Part shown: one piece after another, positions 19,513-28,907 of the stretch
Layout: each line of letters begins with the position of its first letter
Position numbering within the stretch: the stretch's first letter is position 1
Assembly (NCBI GenBank): GCA_046331705.1
Contig: JAXLQJ010000005.1
Span: forward strand, 1-64,000
DNA from: a bacterium
GTDB lineage: Bacteria; JADJOY01
Direction: 5' to 3'
DNA length: 64,000 nucleotides
The notes under the pieces: generated by a model
The model's input: only the letters and a program-made list of their open reading frames with translations
The model's database searches: none
What the model was told of the DNA's origin: nothing
Position numbers and translations under genes: made by a program

Positions 19513-20987
19513 CCGAACGCGGACTGCTTCGCCGGAAGCGGCAGCGTTCCGCCGCCGGCGATCCGCATGCTGCGCTCGACGGCGGTGGCGAGCGAGCGCA
19601 CGAAGATCGCCGCGAGGTTGCGCAGACACGAGGCGAGCATGTTGAAGCGCGGCAGGTCGCGCAGGATGCGCCACATGCGGCGCGGGTCGCCGTAGAAGCG
19701 CAGATACGCTTGCGCCCGCAGGCTCGCGAACGTGCGGTCGGGGACCAGGCTCAGGTTCGAGAACTGGCGCGCGGTGTGGCGATCCAGATCGGTGAACGTC
19801 GCGAGGCGCTGCTCGTCGACGGAGTCTCGCAACCCCGTCCCGGCGTAGGGCGTGACCGTGAAGAACATCGCCGTGTGCAGCCGCGAGCGCGCCGCGAGCG
19901 CGATGGTCGCGCGCATCTCGGCCTCGGTCTCCGTGGGGAAACCGAGCATGAAGAAGCCGGTGGTGAACACGCGCCGCTGCTCCGCCAGTCGCGCGACCTC
20001 GACCACGCGATCGATCTTCAAGTGCTTGCGCGTCCAGCGCTGCAGGCGCGGCGAAGCGGTCTCGAACGCGAGGCAGAGGTGCTCGCACCCGGCGCGCGCG
20101 AGCTTGTCGACCTGCGCGGCGTCGAGGCGATCGCAGCGCACGCCGTTGGGCAGCGTGAAGCGGACCCCGGGAAAGCGCGCGGCCATCCCGTCGAGGATCC
20201 GTTCCATGCGCGGCCCGTCCCAGTTGAAGATGTCGTCGACGACGTCGAAGTCGTGCACGTCGAAGTCGTTCACGAGCCGATCGATCATGCCGAGGACGTA
20301 CTCGGGGCTCGCGCCGCGGAAGCGTTTCCCTTGGATGTCGTGGCAATAATTGCACCGATACGGACAACCACGGCTCGTGAACAGAAGCATGTAGCGACGC
20401 AGCCCGACGCACGTCATCCCCTGGAGCGTCGCGTAGCGATCGATCGCGAGCAGATCCCACGCGGGGAACGGCAGCGAGTCCAGGTCTTCGATGAACGGCC
20501 GCTCGGGTCCCACCACCGGCGAGCCGTCGCCACCGCGGATCACCGCGCCGGCGGTGCCGTCGAGCGGCTCACGCGACGCCAGGCGACCGAGCACCTCGAC
20601 GAGCGTGGCCTCGCCCTCTCCGGTGATCACGGCGTCCGGCGAGCCGAAGGTGAGCGCGTCCATCGGATCCGCGCTCGCGTGCGGCCCGCCGATCAAGATC
20701 GGCGCCGCCGGGCATGCCCTGCGCGCGCGCTCGGCGAGCGCGGCGAGCGAGGCGCGCTCGGCGGTGAGCCCGCTCAACCCGATCACCGTCGGCTCGAAGC
20801 GACGGAGCGCGGCATCGAGCGCGGCCTCGGGGTCGCTTTCGAGGTAGGTGTCGAGGATCGAGACGTCGAAGCCGCAACGCTCGCGGGCCACGGCGGCGAG
20901 CGCCGCCAGACCGAGCGGTGGGCTCGCGATCGTCCGCACGGCCGCGGGGACGCTGGCCTTCACCAGGAGCAATCGTCCGTTGGCCAT
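19509..20987 (-). CDS. Cobalamin (B12)-binding radical SAM protein (class B methyltransferase-like)
   Basis: PPLGLAALAA, ILIGGPHAS, GEGEATL, DLDSLPFPAWDL, TSRGCPYRCNYC (CxxxCxxC), FMLGFPTET, TPYAGT; GGGAG RBS. Confidence 0.95.
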   Translation of the reverse strand: MANGRLLLVKASVPAAVRTIASPPLGLAALAAVARERCGFDVSILDTYLESDPEAALDAALRRFEPTVIGLSGLTAERASLAALAERARRACPAAPILIGGPHASADPMDALTFGSPDAVITGEGEATLVEVLGRLASREPLDGTAGAVIRGGDGSPVVGPERPFIEDLDSLPFPAWDLLAIDRYATLQGMTCVGLRRYMLLFTSRGCPYRCNYCHDIQGKRFRGASPEYVLGMIDRLVNDFDVHDFDVVDDIFNWDGPRMERILDGMAARFPGVRFTLPNGVRCDRLDAAQVDKLARAGCEHLCLAFETASPRLQRWTRKHLKIDRVVEVARLAEQRRVFTTGFFMLGFPTETEAEMRATIALAARSRLHTAMFFTVTPYAGTGLRDSVDEQRLATFTDLDRHTARQFSNLSLVPDRTFASLRAQAYLRFYGDPRRMWRILRDLPRFNMLASCLRNLAAIFVRSLATAVERSMRIAGGGTLPLPAKQSAFG

Positions 20988-21110
20988 CGCCGACTCCCTC
21001 TCGACCTTCGGTCGCCTCGATTGGCCGTCCAGAGCGAACGATGCTGCGTGATAGATTCGGCGCTGGTCAGCCGATGAGCGTGGATCGACGCATTCGGACA
21101 CCGAAACGTT

Positions 21111-21143
21111 CGATTCGCGGCGCGCCGGCGAAGCCGCGAATCG
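21111..21143. promoter_or_regulatory. Perfect 11-bp inverted repeat in the divergent radical SAM / P450 intergenic region
   Basis: CGATTCGCGGC-N11-GCCGCGAATCG. Confidence 0.45.
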
Positions 21144-21266
21144 GCGCGACCGACACGGCGCGCGACCCGCGCGGATCGTACCGGCGCCGTCTCCGGGGGG
21201 TCAAGGTGAACGCGGAGCGCGCTCGCCGGTGCCGCCCGGTCCGCGCCGCGCGCAGCTCATCGGCGC

Positions 21267-22658
21267 ATGCTTGACCGCTCGCTACCACCGGGACCGGGGC
21301 GCTTCTCCGTCGTCCAGCTCCACGACTGGATCACCACGCCGTGCGAGCTGCTCGACGCCTGCGCGGCGCGCTACGGCGCCTCCTTCACGCTCCGCTTCCC
21401 TTTCCAGCGGCCGCTGGTGGTGGTGAGCGACCCGGACGACGTGCGCAAGCTCTTCAGCGTGGGATTGCGCGCGATCGACGCGGGCTGCATGAACGGCATG
21501 CTCGAGCCGGTCGTGGGTCACCACTCTCCCGTGGTGCTCGACGGCGCACGCCATCTGCGCATCCGCCGCGCGCTCGCGGTGCCGTTCGGCCGAGCCCAAG
21601 TCTCGGGAACGCTCGACGCGCTCGGCAGACGCACGCGCGCCTGGCTCGAGGATCTGCCGGTCGGGCGGGCCTTCCCCGTCCACGCGGCGTTCGAGGACCT
21701 GACCCTGGACGGGATGCTGGAGGACGTGCTCGGGCTCGAGCCGGGACCGCGGACCGCCGCCATCCGCGACGGCGTCCGCGAGCTGCTCGCCCTGCTCTCG
21801 CGCACCACCACCACGCTCACCTGGATGCTGGTCGGGCGCGCCCCGGTGTTCGCGGCGCTGCCCGCGTGGCGGCGGGTGCGGCGCCTGCTCGCCCGGCTCG
21901 ACGCGGCGCTCGCGAGCGAGATCGTGAGCGCCCGCGAACGCGCGGCGCGCGGGGAGCCGCCGCGGGGTGCGCTCGATCGCCTGGCACGTCCCTTCGAGAT
22001 CGGCGGCGACGTGCTCACTCCGCGCGAGATCCGGGATCAGCTGGTGACGCTGCTCTGGGCGGGCTGCGAGACGACACCCAATGCCCTCGCGTGGGCCGTG
22101 CACCATCTGGTCGAGAATCCCGCGTGGATCGAACGCATCGCGATCGAGGCGACGGACGCTGGCGCAGCGCTGCCACCCCCGCCGGGCAGCGACGAAGCGC
22201 CCGACCGCCGGCCCGTGCTCGAGGCCGTCATCCGCGAGACGCTGCGCTCGAGCCCGGTGATCACCCTCGCGAAGCGGCGGCTCGCGACCGACCTCGATCT
22301 CGGCGACCGCACCCTCCCCGCCGGCACCGACGTCGCGGCGTGCCTCTACCTGGCGCACCGCGATCCGCGGCGCTGGCCCGACCCCACGCGCTTCGATCCC
22401 GGCCGCTTCCTCGCGGCCGAGCGCTCCAATCCGTTCCACTTCCTGCCCTTCGGAGGCGGCATGCGACGCTGCGTGGGGATGCACTTGGCGCTCGGGGAGA
22501 TGCGCGTCGTGCTCGCCGAGCTGTGCGTCCGCAAGCGCTTTCGCGCTGCGCCGGGCTACCGCATGCGGGTGGCCAGGCACACGGTCGCGTACCTGCCCTC
22601 GGAGGGAATGCCGATCGTGTGCGACGGCGAAAGGCGGGGAATGGAGCGCGTCAGCTGA
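21267..22658 (+). CDS. Cytochrome P450
   Basis: I-helix LLWAGCETT, K-helix ETLR, meander FDPGRF, heme motif FLPFGGGMRRCVG. Confidence 0.96.
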   Translation: MLDRSLPPGPGRFSVVQLHDWITTPCELLDACAARYGASFTLRFPFQRPLVVVSDPDDVRKLFSVGLRAIDAGCMNGMLEPVVGHHSPVVLDGARHLRIRRALAVPFGRAQVSGTLDALGRRTRAWLEDLPVGRAFPVHAAFEDLTLDGMLEDVLGLEPGPRTAAIRDGVRELLALLSRTTTTLTWMLVGRAPVFAALPAWRRVRRLLARLDAALASEIVSARERAARGEPPRGALDRLARPFEIGGDVLTPREIRDQLVTLLWAGCETTPNALAWAVHHLVENPAWIERIAIEATDAGAALPPPPGSDEAPDRRPVLEAVIRETLRSSPVITLAKRRLATDLDLGDRTLPAGTDVAACLYLAHRDPRRWPDPTRFDPGRFLAAERSNPFHFLPFGGGMRRCVGMHLALGEMRVVLAELCVRKRFRAAPGYRMRVARHTVAYLPSEGMPIVCDGERRGMERVS

Positions 22659-23958
22659 TCGCGCCGCGCCCGCGGTCGACGTCGCCGACCAGCACCTGGC
22701 GCAACCAGGCGACCGCCGCGATCACGAGCCACGGCTCGGCGACGAGGTGGTAGCGGGTGTCCGGGAACGTGAGCACGCTGGGCGGCCACAGCCCGACGAG
22801 CGGCAGCGCGAAGAGCGCCCACTCACGTGGGATCCGCCGCCGCGCCAGCGCCCACGCGAGGCCGATCGTCGCCGGCACGAACGCGAGCCGATAGAGGACG
22901 TACGGTAGCCGGACCCACATGCGCCGCGGGCTGTCGGTGGCGTCGATGATCACCGCGCGTCCGTCCGCGGAGAGGTGTCCGCCGTCGCCGAGCGCCGGCA
23001 GGTGCTCGATCCCGAACCAGTACCAGTACGACTTGAGCACCAGCCGATAGACGAACGCCGCCGGCGCGCGCTCGATCATCGCGATCGCCTCCTGCGAGAA
23101 CCACCGATCGCTCGCCGTCTCGTCGTCCACGGCTTCGCCGGCGTCGCGACGTCGCTCGGCGAGCACCACGGGCAGGAACTCGCGCTCGAAGAACTCGTCG
23201 ACGTCGTATTGGGGATGCGCCCGCAGATAGAGCGGATGGTTCCCCATGTAGAGGATGTAGCCCAAGTTCGTCGAGAGCCGGAACGCGCCCACGACGCGAG
23301 CGTTGCGCGCGCAGAGCCCGAGCGCCGACACGCCGAGCGCCGCCAACAGGACCGCCAGCACGCGACGCTTCGTGGCCGCGCGCACGCACACGATCGCGCC
23401 GGCGACCACCACCAGTGCCGTGGTGAGGGTGGTGACCCGGACCAACGCCCCGAGCGTGAACGCGAGCCATGCCCCGGCCCCCGCGAGCCACTCCGCAGTG
23501 CGCGAGCTCGCTGGACGAGGAAAGGCGAGATAGGTGAGCGCCAGCAGCCCGCCACCCAACCCAGCCAGCTCGCCCGCGGTGTCGCGGTAGCTCATGGCGT
23601 CGTAACAGAGGCGCGGGTGCAGCGCCGCCGCCATCATCACCCACCACGCGGCCCAGCCCGGGCCGAGACTGCGCCGCGCCGCGAGGGCCAGCGCGCCCAG
23701 CCCGAGGGCCAGCAGGATCGCCTTCCCGAGCACGACCGTGTCGCGAAAACCGAGCCCGTGCAGCGCTCGATCGAGCCAATAGATCCCCGACGGGTAGTAC
23801 GCGGTGCGCCACGTCCCGAGCGGCGCCTCGCGGATCTCGCCGAGCCAGCTCGGCAGACACGCGGCGAGCGCCGCCGCGACCAACGGCACGATCCAGTAGA
23901 CGTCCCGATGGCGGGGAACGCGGCTGCGCCAATCCGGCGAAAGCGTCGGGTCGGCCAT
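22651..23958 (-). CDS. GT-C superfamily (ArnT/PMT-like) membrane glycosyltransferase
   Basis: Multiple TM segments; RNARVVGAFRLSTNLGYILYMGNHP and FPDTRYHLVAEPWL motifs typical of this family. Confidence 0.7.
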   Translation of the reverse strand: MADPTLSPDWRSRVPRHRDVYWIVPLVAAALAACLPSWLGEIREAPLGTWRTAYYPSGIYWLDRALHGLGFRDTVVLGKAILLALGLGALALAARRSLGPGWAAWWVMMAAALHPRLCYDAMSYRDTAGELAGLGGGLLALTYLAFPRPASSRTAEWLAGAGAWLAFTLGALVRVTTLTTALVVVAGAIVCVRAATKRRVLAVLLAALGVSALGLCARNARVVGAFRLSTNLGYILYMGNHPLYLRAHPQYDVDEFFEREFLPVVLAERRRDAGEAVDDETASDRWFSQEAIAMIERAPAAFVYRLVLKSYWYWFGIEHLPALGDGGHLSADGRAVIIDATDSPRRMWVRLPYVLYRLAFVPATIGLAWALARRRIPREWALFALPLVGLWPPSVLTFPDTRYHLVAEPWLVIAAVAWLRQVLVGDVDRGRGAIS

Positions 23959-23973
23959 CCGCGCGTCTCTCGC

Positions 23974-24954
23974 TCAGTCCGCGATCGCGGCGCGGACCCG
24001 TCCCACGACGAGCCCGCGGTGGTTGGTGCGGACCGGCGATGCGTAGCCGAGAAGCGACCCGCGCGCGCCGTCGTCGAGCGCACCGAGACGCTCGAGGATC
24101 GCGAGCAGCGCCGGCTCCGAGCCGCGCGTCTGGCCATCGCGCGCCTTCACCGCGATGCCGTAGACCTCGCCGTCCGCGCCGCGCAACCCGAGGCATTGCA
24201 GCGCCTCGGCGCCCACCTTGGAGACCGCGCGTCCCGGCAACGCCTGCATCATCGCGGTGTCGAAACGCTCTCGACCGGCGACCAGATACGGGTGCGCCAT
24301 CATCGCGTCGCGCAGGCTCGCGAGCGCCGAGTCGTGACCGACCACGAGATCGCGAAACAGCAACGCGACCGCGCGCAGCGGCAGGAAGTACGTGACGGCG
24401 CTGCAACCGTCCACGGCGATGGGGATGTCGCGCGCGCCCGTGAGGGTCTCGAGCTGGCGGCGGATGGTGCGCTGCACCAGGTGGTCGGCCGCGGTGTAGC
24501 CGCGTGTCTCGACGCCCAGGTGGCGCGCCAGCGCCAGCATGCCCGCGTGCTTTCCCGAGCAGTTGTTGTGGATCGCACGCGGCGCCTCCGCGCGCGCCGC
24601 GAGCTCCGCCGCTGCCGCGGCGTCCGCGGGCGGATGGATGCCGCATTCGAGATCGTGCTCGCTGCAACCGATGGCGGCGAGCATCGCCGCCGCGCGCTCG
24701 ACGTGAACGCGCTCGCCGTTGTGCGAGGCGCACATCAGCGCGCGCTCCGCCGCGCCGAAACCGAAGGCGTCCGCGGCACCGGACTCCACCACGGCCAGCG
24801 CCTGGATCGGCTTGGCCGCCGAGCGCAGACAGACGAGACCTTCGGGATCGCCGGCGCACAGCCTGAGCTTGCCCGCGCCATCGACGACGACCGCGTCCAC
24901 CTCGTGAACCGCTTCGGGAAGGGGGCCGCGCTCGACGTATACCCGGACGATCAT
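23974..24954 (-). CDS. L-asparaginase II (Rhizobium-type, class 3)
   Basis: RSAAKPIQA, CASHNGE, HNNCSGKHAGML, VDGCS, SKVGAE; GGGAG RBS. Confidence 0.93.
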   Translation of the reverse strand: MIVRVYVERGPLPEAVHEVDAVVVDGAGKLRLCAGDPEGLVCLRSAAKPIQALAVVESGAADAFGFGAAERALMCASHNGERVHVERAAAMLAAIGCSEHDLECGIHPPADAAAAAELAARAEAPRAIHNNCSGKHAGMLALARHLGVETRGYTAADHLVQRTIRRQLETLTGARDIPIAVDGCSAVTYFLPLRAVALLFRDLVVGHDSALASLRDAMMAHPYLVAGRERFDTAMMQALPGRAVSKVGAEALQCLGLRGADGEVYGIAVKARDGQTRGSEPALLAILERLGALDDGARGSLLGYASPVRTNHRGLVVGRVRAAIAD

Positions 24955-25070
24955 CCGCCACTCCCGGCGCCCACGGGCTCGCCGCGGCTTGTTGGCTACA
25001 ATGCGCGCCCGAGCGTAGCGCACATCGGCGCACGCGCTCGCGACTCGGCCGCCTAACCGCCACGACGACG

Positions 25071-26171
25071 ATGAGCGAACGAACGACGCCCACGCCGACC
25101 GCGAGCGGCGTGGTCCCCTTCGACGAGCGGCTCTTCTATCTCGAGGAGTTCCACGGGAGGACGCTCGCCCTCACGGCGCTCCCCGATGCGCTTCGTCCGG
25201 CGTCCGTCGACGCGGTGCGCGCCGTGGTCGACACGCTGCTCGCCAACGGCACGCACGTCCTGCTGCTGCTGCCGAGCGACGCGCCGAGCCGACTGGTCTG
25301 CGATGCCGAGGTGCTGGCCCCCTCGGCCGAGCCGTTCTTGCCGGCCACCTGGCGCGCCGCTCGCCACGACCGCGCGGTGTGGGTCCCCGTCGACGATCAG
25401 CCGATCCTGCCGGCGGTGCGCCGGCTCATCGGCCAGCTGCACGTCGCGAAGCTCGTGATCCTCGATCCCGAAGGCGGCGTGGGCACCCGCGACGAGAGCA
25501 CGTCCTCGTTCGTGGACCTGGTCTCGCTGCGCGATCAGCTGCGCCGCGGCGCGGGAGCGCGCGAGCCGCTCCTGCGCGAGATCGAGAACGCGCTGAGCGC
25601 GGGCGAGACCGTGAATCTCTGCACGCCCCGAGGGCTCGATGCGGAGCTCTTCAGCTACACCGGCTCGGGCACGCTCTTCACCACCCGCCGCTACGTGACG
25701 GTGCGCCATCTCGGCATCGACGATCTGGACGCGGCCGCGTCGCTCATCGCGCGTGGCGTCGAGGAGGGCTTCCTGCAGCCCCGCAGCGAGCCCGACCTCG
25801 ATCGGGTGCTGGCGCGCGCGTTCGGCGCGTTCATCGACGACCGGCACCTCGCCGGGATCGGCGCGCTGCGCGTCTATCGGCAGGAGAGCGCGGGCGAGCT
25901 GGTCTCGCTCTACACGCTCACACGGTTCCAGGGCGAGGGAATCGGCAAGCACCTGATCGAGCGGATCGCCGCCGAAGCCACGGCGCTCAGTCTCGCCAGC
26001 CTGTTCGCGTGCACCACCCGGGAGGCCGCGGCGCGCTACTTCGTGCGCGAGGGGTTCCGCGAGATCGAGGCTCGCGACCTGCCGGCGTCCAAATGGATCG
26101 GCTACGACGCCGAGCGGCGCGCGCGACTGCGCTGCTTCCGGCGCGCGCTACGGCCGTCGCTTCACCACTGA
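25071..26171 (+). CDS. argA: ArgA-like amino-acid N-acetyltransferase (shortened AAK-like domain plus GNAT domain)
   Basis: FYLEEFHGRT, AELFSYTGSGTLF linker, GFLQPRS, GELVSLY...FQGEGIG, FACTT...YFVREGF. Confidence 0.7.
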   Translation: MSERTTPTPTASGVVPFDERLFYLEEFHGRTLALTALPDALRPASVDAVRAVVDTLLANGTHVLLLLPSDAPSRLVCDAEVLAPSAEPFLPATWRAARHDRAVWVPVDDQPILPAVRRLIGQLHVAKLVILDPEGGVGTRDESTSSFVDLVSLRDQLRRGAGAREPLLREIENALSAGETVNLCTPRGLDAELFSYTGSGTLFTTRRYVTVRHLGIDDLDAAASLIARGVEEGFLQPRSEPDLDRVLARAFGAFIDDRHLAGIGALRVYRQESAGELVSLYTLTRFQGEGIGKHLIERIAAEATALSLASLFACTTREAAARYFVREGFREIEARDLPASKWIGYDAERRARLRCFRRALRPSLHH

Positions 26172-26199
26172 GTCCGACGGCACGGGGAGATCGAGTCAC

Positions 26200-28011
26200 A
26201 TGAGCGACAGCCCTTCGACCATCGCCGAGCGAGTCGCCGCGTTGCGCGGCGCGCTCGCCTCCCACGGCCTGGGCGGCTACCTGATTCCCACCTCGGACGC
26301 GCACCAGAACGAGTACGTGCCCACGTGCTGGCAGCGGCGCGCGTGGATCAGCGGTTTCACCGGCTCGGCCGGCACCGCCGCGGTCACGGCGACCAAGGCC
26401 GGCTTGTGGACCGACTCGCGCTACTACCTGCAGGCCGAGACGGAGCTCGACGCCGCGGTGTACACGCTCTTTCGAGCCCAGCTGCCCGACGTTCCCGCCC
26501 TCGACGAGTGGCTCTGTGCCGAGCTCGGCGAAGGTCAGCGCGTCGGCTACGACCCGCAGACGCTGTCGGTCGAGTCGGCCGAGCGACTGCGGTCGAAGCT
26601 CGCTGGGCGCGGGCTGGCGCTCGTGGGCATCGAGGGCAATCTGGTGGATGCGGTGCGGCCCGAAGCGCTGGCGCCTCCGCGCGAGCTGGCGTTCACCCTG
26701 CCCGACGAGATCGCCGGCGAGAGCGTCGCCGACAAGCTCGCCAAGGTTCGCGAGAAGATGGCGAAGTCGGATGCGCGCGCGCTGGTGATCACCACCCTCG
26801 ACGCGATCGCGTGGCTCTTCAACGTGCGCGGCACCGACATCCCCTACAACCCCGTGGTGATCTCGTACGCGCTGGTGACCGCCGACGGCGCCGCGTGGTT
26901 CGTCGATCCGAGCAAGGTGCCGAGCGACGTTCAGCGACGGCTCGAGCCCACCGTCACGATTCGGCCTTACGAAGCGTTCGGCGAGGCGCTCGCGGCGCTC
27001 GGCAGCGCCAAGACGCGCACCTGGATCGATCCGGCCGCGGCGAGCGATTGGGTTCTGGGAAAGCTCGCCGACGCACCGATCGTGCGCGCGCTGAGCCCGA
27101 TCGCCAAGCTCAAGGCGGTCAAGAGCGAGGTGGAGCTAGCGGGCATGCGCCAGGCGCACATCCGCGACGGCGTCGCGATGGTGCGCTTCCTGCGCTGGCT
27201 CGCCGAGGCGGTGCCCGCGGGCGGGATCACGGAAGCGTCCGCGGCCGCGCGACTCGACGGCCTGCGCGCCGAATGCCCGCGCTTTCGCGGCCCGTCGTTC
27301 GAGACGATCAGTGCCTACGGCGCGCACGCCGCGATCCCCCACTACCGCGTGACCGACGAGAGCAACCTGGCGCTCGAGCCGCGCGGTCTCTACCTGGTGG
27401 ATTCCGGCGGCCAATACCTCGACGGCACCACCGACATCACACGCACCGTGGCGCTCGGCCCCGTCGACGCCGAGGCGCGCGACCGCTTCACCCGCGTGCT
27501 GCGCGGCCACATCGAGCTGGCGAGGCTGTCGTTCCCGCGCGGCTCGGGCGGCCACCAGCTCGAGCTGGCGGCGCGTCTGCCGCTCTGGGACGTGGGCCTC
27601 GACTACGGCCACGGCACCGGACACGGCGTGGGCTTCTTCCTCAACGTGCACGAGGGTCCGTTCAGCATCTCGCCGCGCGCCGCCGACGTCCCGCTCGAGC
27701 CGGGCATGATCTCGTCCAACGAGCCTGGCTACTACGAGACGGGCGCCTACGGCATCCGCATCGAGAACCTGGTGCACGTGGTCCGCGACGAGACGCGCAG
27801 CAATGCCGAGCTCGGGCGTGATTTCTTCCGGTTCGAGACGATCACGCTGTGCCCCATCGACCGCACGCTCGTGGACACGGCGCAGATGTCGGCAGCGCAG
27901 ATCGAGTGGTTCGACGCGTATCACGCTCGCGTGCGCGAGGCGCTCACGCCGCTGCTCGCCGATCCGGCCGATCGCGCTTGGCTCGCCGCGGCGACGGCGG
28001 CGGTCGGCTGA
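26200..28011 (+). CDS. Xaa-Pro aminopeptidase (M24B, aminopeptidase P, three-domain type)
   Basis: DAHQNEYV, WISGFTGSAG, LWTDSRYYLQA, DSGGQYLDGTTDITRT, HGTGHGVG, VHEGP, SNEPGYY, GIRIEN. Confidence 0.96.
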   Translation: MSDSPSTIAERVAALRGALASHGLGGYLIPTSDAHQNEYVPTCWQRRAWISGFTGSAGTAAVTATKAGLWTDSRYYLQAETELDAAVYTLFRAQLPDVPALDEWLCAELGEGQRVGYDPQTLSVESAERLRSKLAGRGLALVGIEGNLVDAVRPEALAPPRELAFTLPDEIAGESVADKLAKVREKMAKSDARALVITTLDAIAWLFNVRGTDIPYNPVVISYALVTADGAAWFVDPSKVPSDVQRRLEPTVTIRPYEAFGEALAALGSAKTRTWIDPAAASDWVLGKLADAPIVRALSPIAKLKAVKSEVELAGMRQAHIRDGVAMVRFLRWLAEAVPAGGITEASAAARLDGLRAECPRFRGPSFETISAYGAHAAIPHYRVTDESNLALEPRGLYLVDSGGQYLDGTTDITRTVALGPVDAEARDRFTRVLRGHIELARLSFPRGSGGHQLELAARLPLWDVGLDYGHGTGHGVGFFLNVHEGPFSISPRAADVPLEPGMISSNEPGYYETGAYGIRIENLVHVVRDETRSNAELGRDFFRFETITLCPIDRTLVDTAQMSAAQIEWFDAYHARVREALTPLLADPADRAWLAAATAAVG

Positions 28012-28068
28012 CGGCGGGAGCTCGCGCGCGTCGCGACCGTCCGATCGCCGTGGCGACCGGCGAGCTCG

Positions 28069-28839
28069 TCAGGAGCGGCGACGATCCCAGCGGCTGAGCG
28101 TGACCTGCAGCGGGCCGTTCTGCCACGCGAGGAAACGATCGTGATCGGGGTGCAGCCGCTCGCGACGGCGAAACTCGGGCGTGTGGTAGCGAAGATGCCC
28201 GGCGGCGTCCTTGTCGTGGCCGAGCTCGGCGTGCAGCAGCTCGTGGAAGAGCAAGAACTCGATCACCCACGTCGGGACGAGGTCGACGTCGAGCGCGGGG
28301 TGGATGCGGACCGTGCGCGTCGCCTCCTGGTAGGAAGCGAGCCGCACGCTGCCGCTGCGGCGGTTCGGGTGACGGCGCCCGGCGCCCCAGCCCACGGCGC
28401 GGATGCGCAGGTCGACGTGCCGGAAGTGCGCGCGGCTCACGCGCGCCATGAGCACCGATAGGTCGTGGACCTCGCCTCGCGCCACCAGGCGCGGGGGACG
28501 ACGCTGCGACGGCTCGTGCGGCAGACGCGCGATGTACGATCGCACCTCCTTCGCGGCGCGCATCGCGCCCGACCCGCCACGGGCCCACGCGACCACGTCA
28601 CGCAACACGTCGATGGGCGCCGACGCGAGGCGATCGGAGACGCGCAACGTCGTCAGCCCGGCCAGCCGCTCGAACGAGAAGAGGTTCACGCCGTTCGAGT
28701 TGTCCACCAACACCATGCCGTCATCGAGGAGCGGACGCAGACGGCGCCGAAGACGCTCGCGCGGCGAGTCGAACGGCAGCGGCAGCTGCTCGATGCGAGC
28801 TTTGCGCGGGGCGAGGGTGCGTTTCTCGGCGACTCTCAT
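28069..28839 (-). CDS. SprT/YgjP-like zinc metallopeptidase
   Basis: LASYQEATRTVRIHPALD...VPTWVIEFLLFHELLH (HExxH)...HTPEFRRRE. Confidence 0.8.
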   Translation of the reverse strand: MRVAEKRTLAPRKARIEQLPLPFDSPRERLRRRLRPLLDDGMVLVDNSNGVNLFSFERLAGLTTLRVSDRLASAPIDVLRDVVAWARGGSGAMRAAKEVRSYIARLPHEPSQRRPPRLVARGEVHDLSVLMARVSRAHFRHVDLRIRAVGWGAGRRHPNRRSGSVRLASYQEATRTVRIHPALDVDLVPTWVIEFLLFHELLHAELGHDKDAAGHLRYHTPEFRRRERLHPDHDRFLAWQNGPLQVTLSRWDRRRS

Positions 28840-28877
28840 GGCGGCGTCCGTGCCTGAGGCCGCCGCAAGAAAACATG

Positions 28878-28907
28878 CGAAAAAGCGCTTGTCCAAGCGA
28901 TTTTTCG
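28878..28907. promoter_or_regulatory. AT-rich near-perfect palindrome (14-bp arms, one mismatch) in the leader of the SprT-like gene; operator or attenuator
   Basis: CGAAAAAGCGCTTG-TC-CAAGCGATTTTTCG; a minus-strand TAGAAT -10 at 28935-28940 lies upstream. Confidence 0.55.

Noticed and set aside
19513-20460. N-terminal extension of the 17935..20460 ORF (similarly 5901..6086, 36746..36958, 45664..47358, 54727..54975)
   Set aside because: These extensions overlap other real genes or promoters; downstream starts have an RBS or stop-start coupling.
20988-21266. Possible RiPP precursor (e.g. biarylitide-type MxYxH) between the radical SAM and P450 genes
   Set aside because: No short ORF with an RBS and a precursor-like sequence on either strand, and no RRE, peptidase or exporter in the locus.
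28069-28839. Anti-phage defence or toxin-antitoxin role for the SprT/YgjP-like protease or the EEP nuclease
   Set aside because: Both are solitary among housekeeping genes, with no restriction, antitoxin or mobile-element context.
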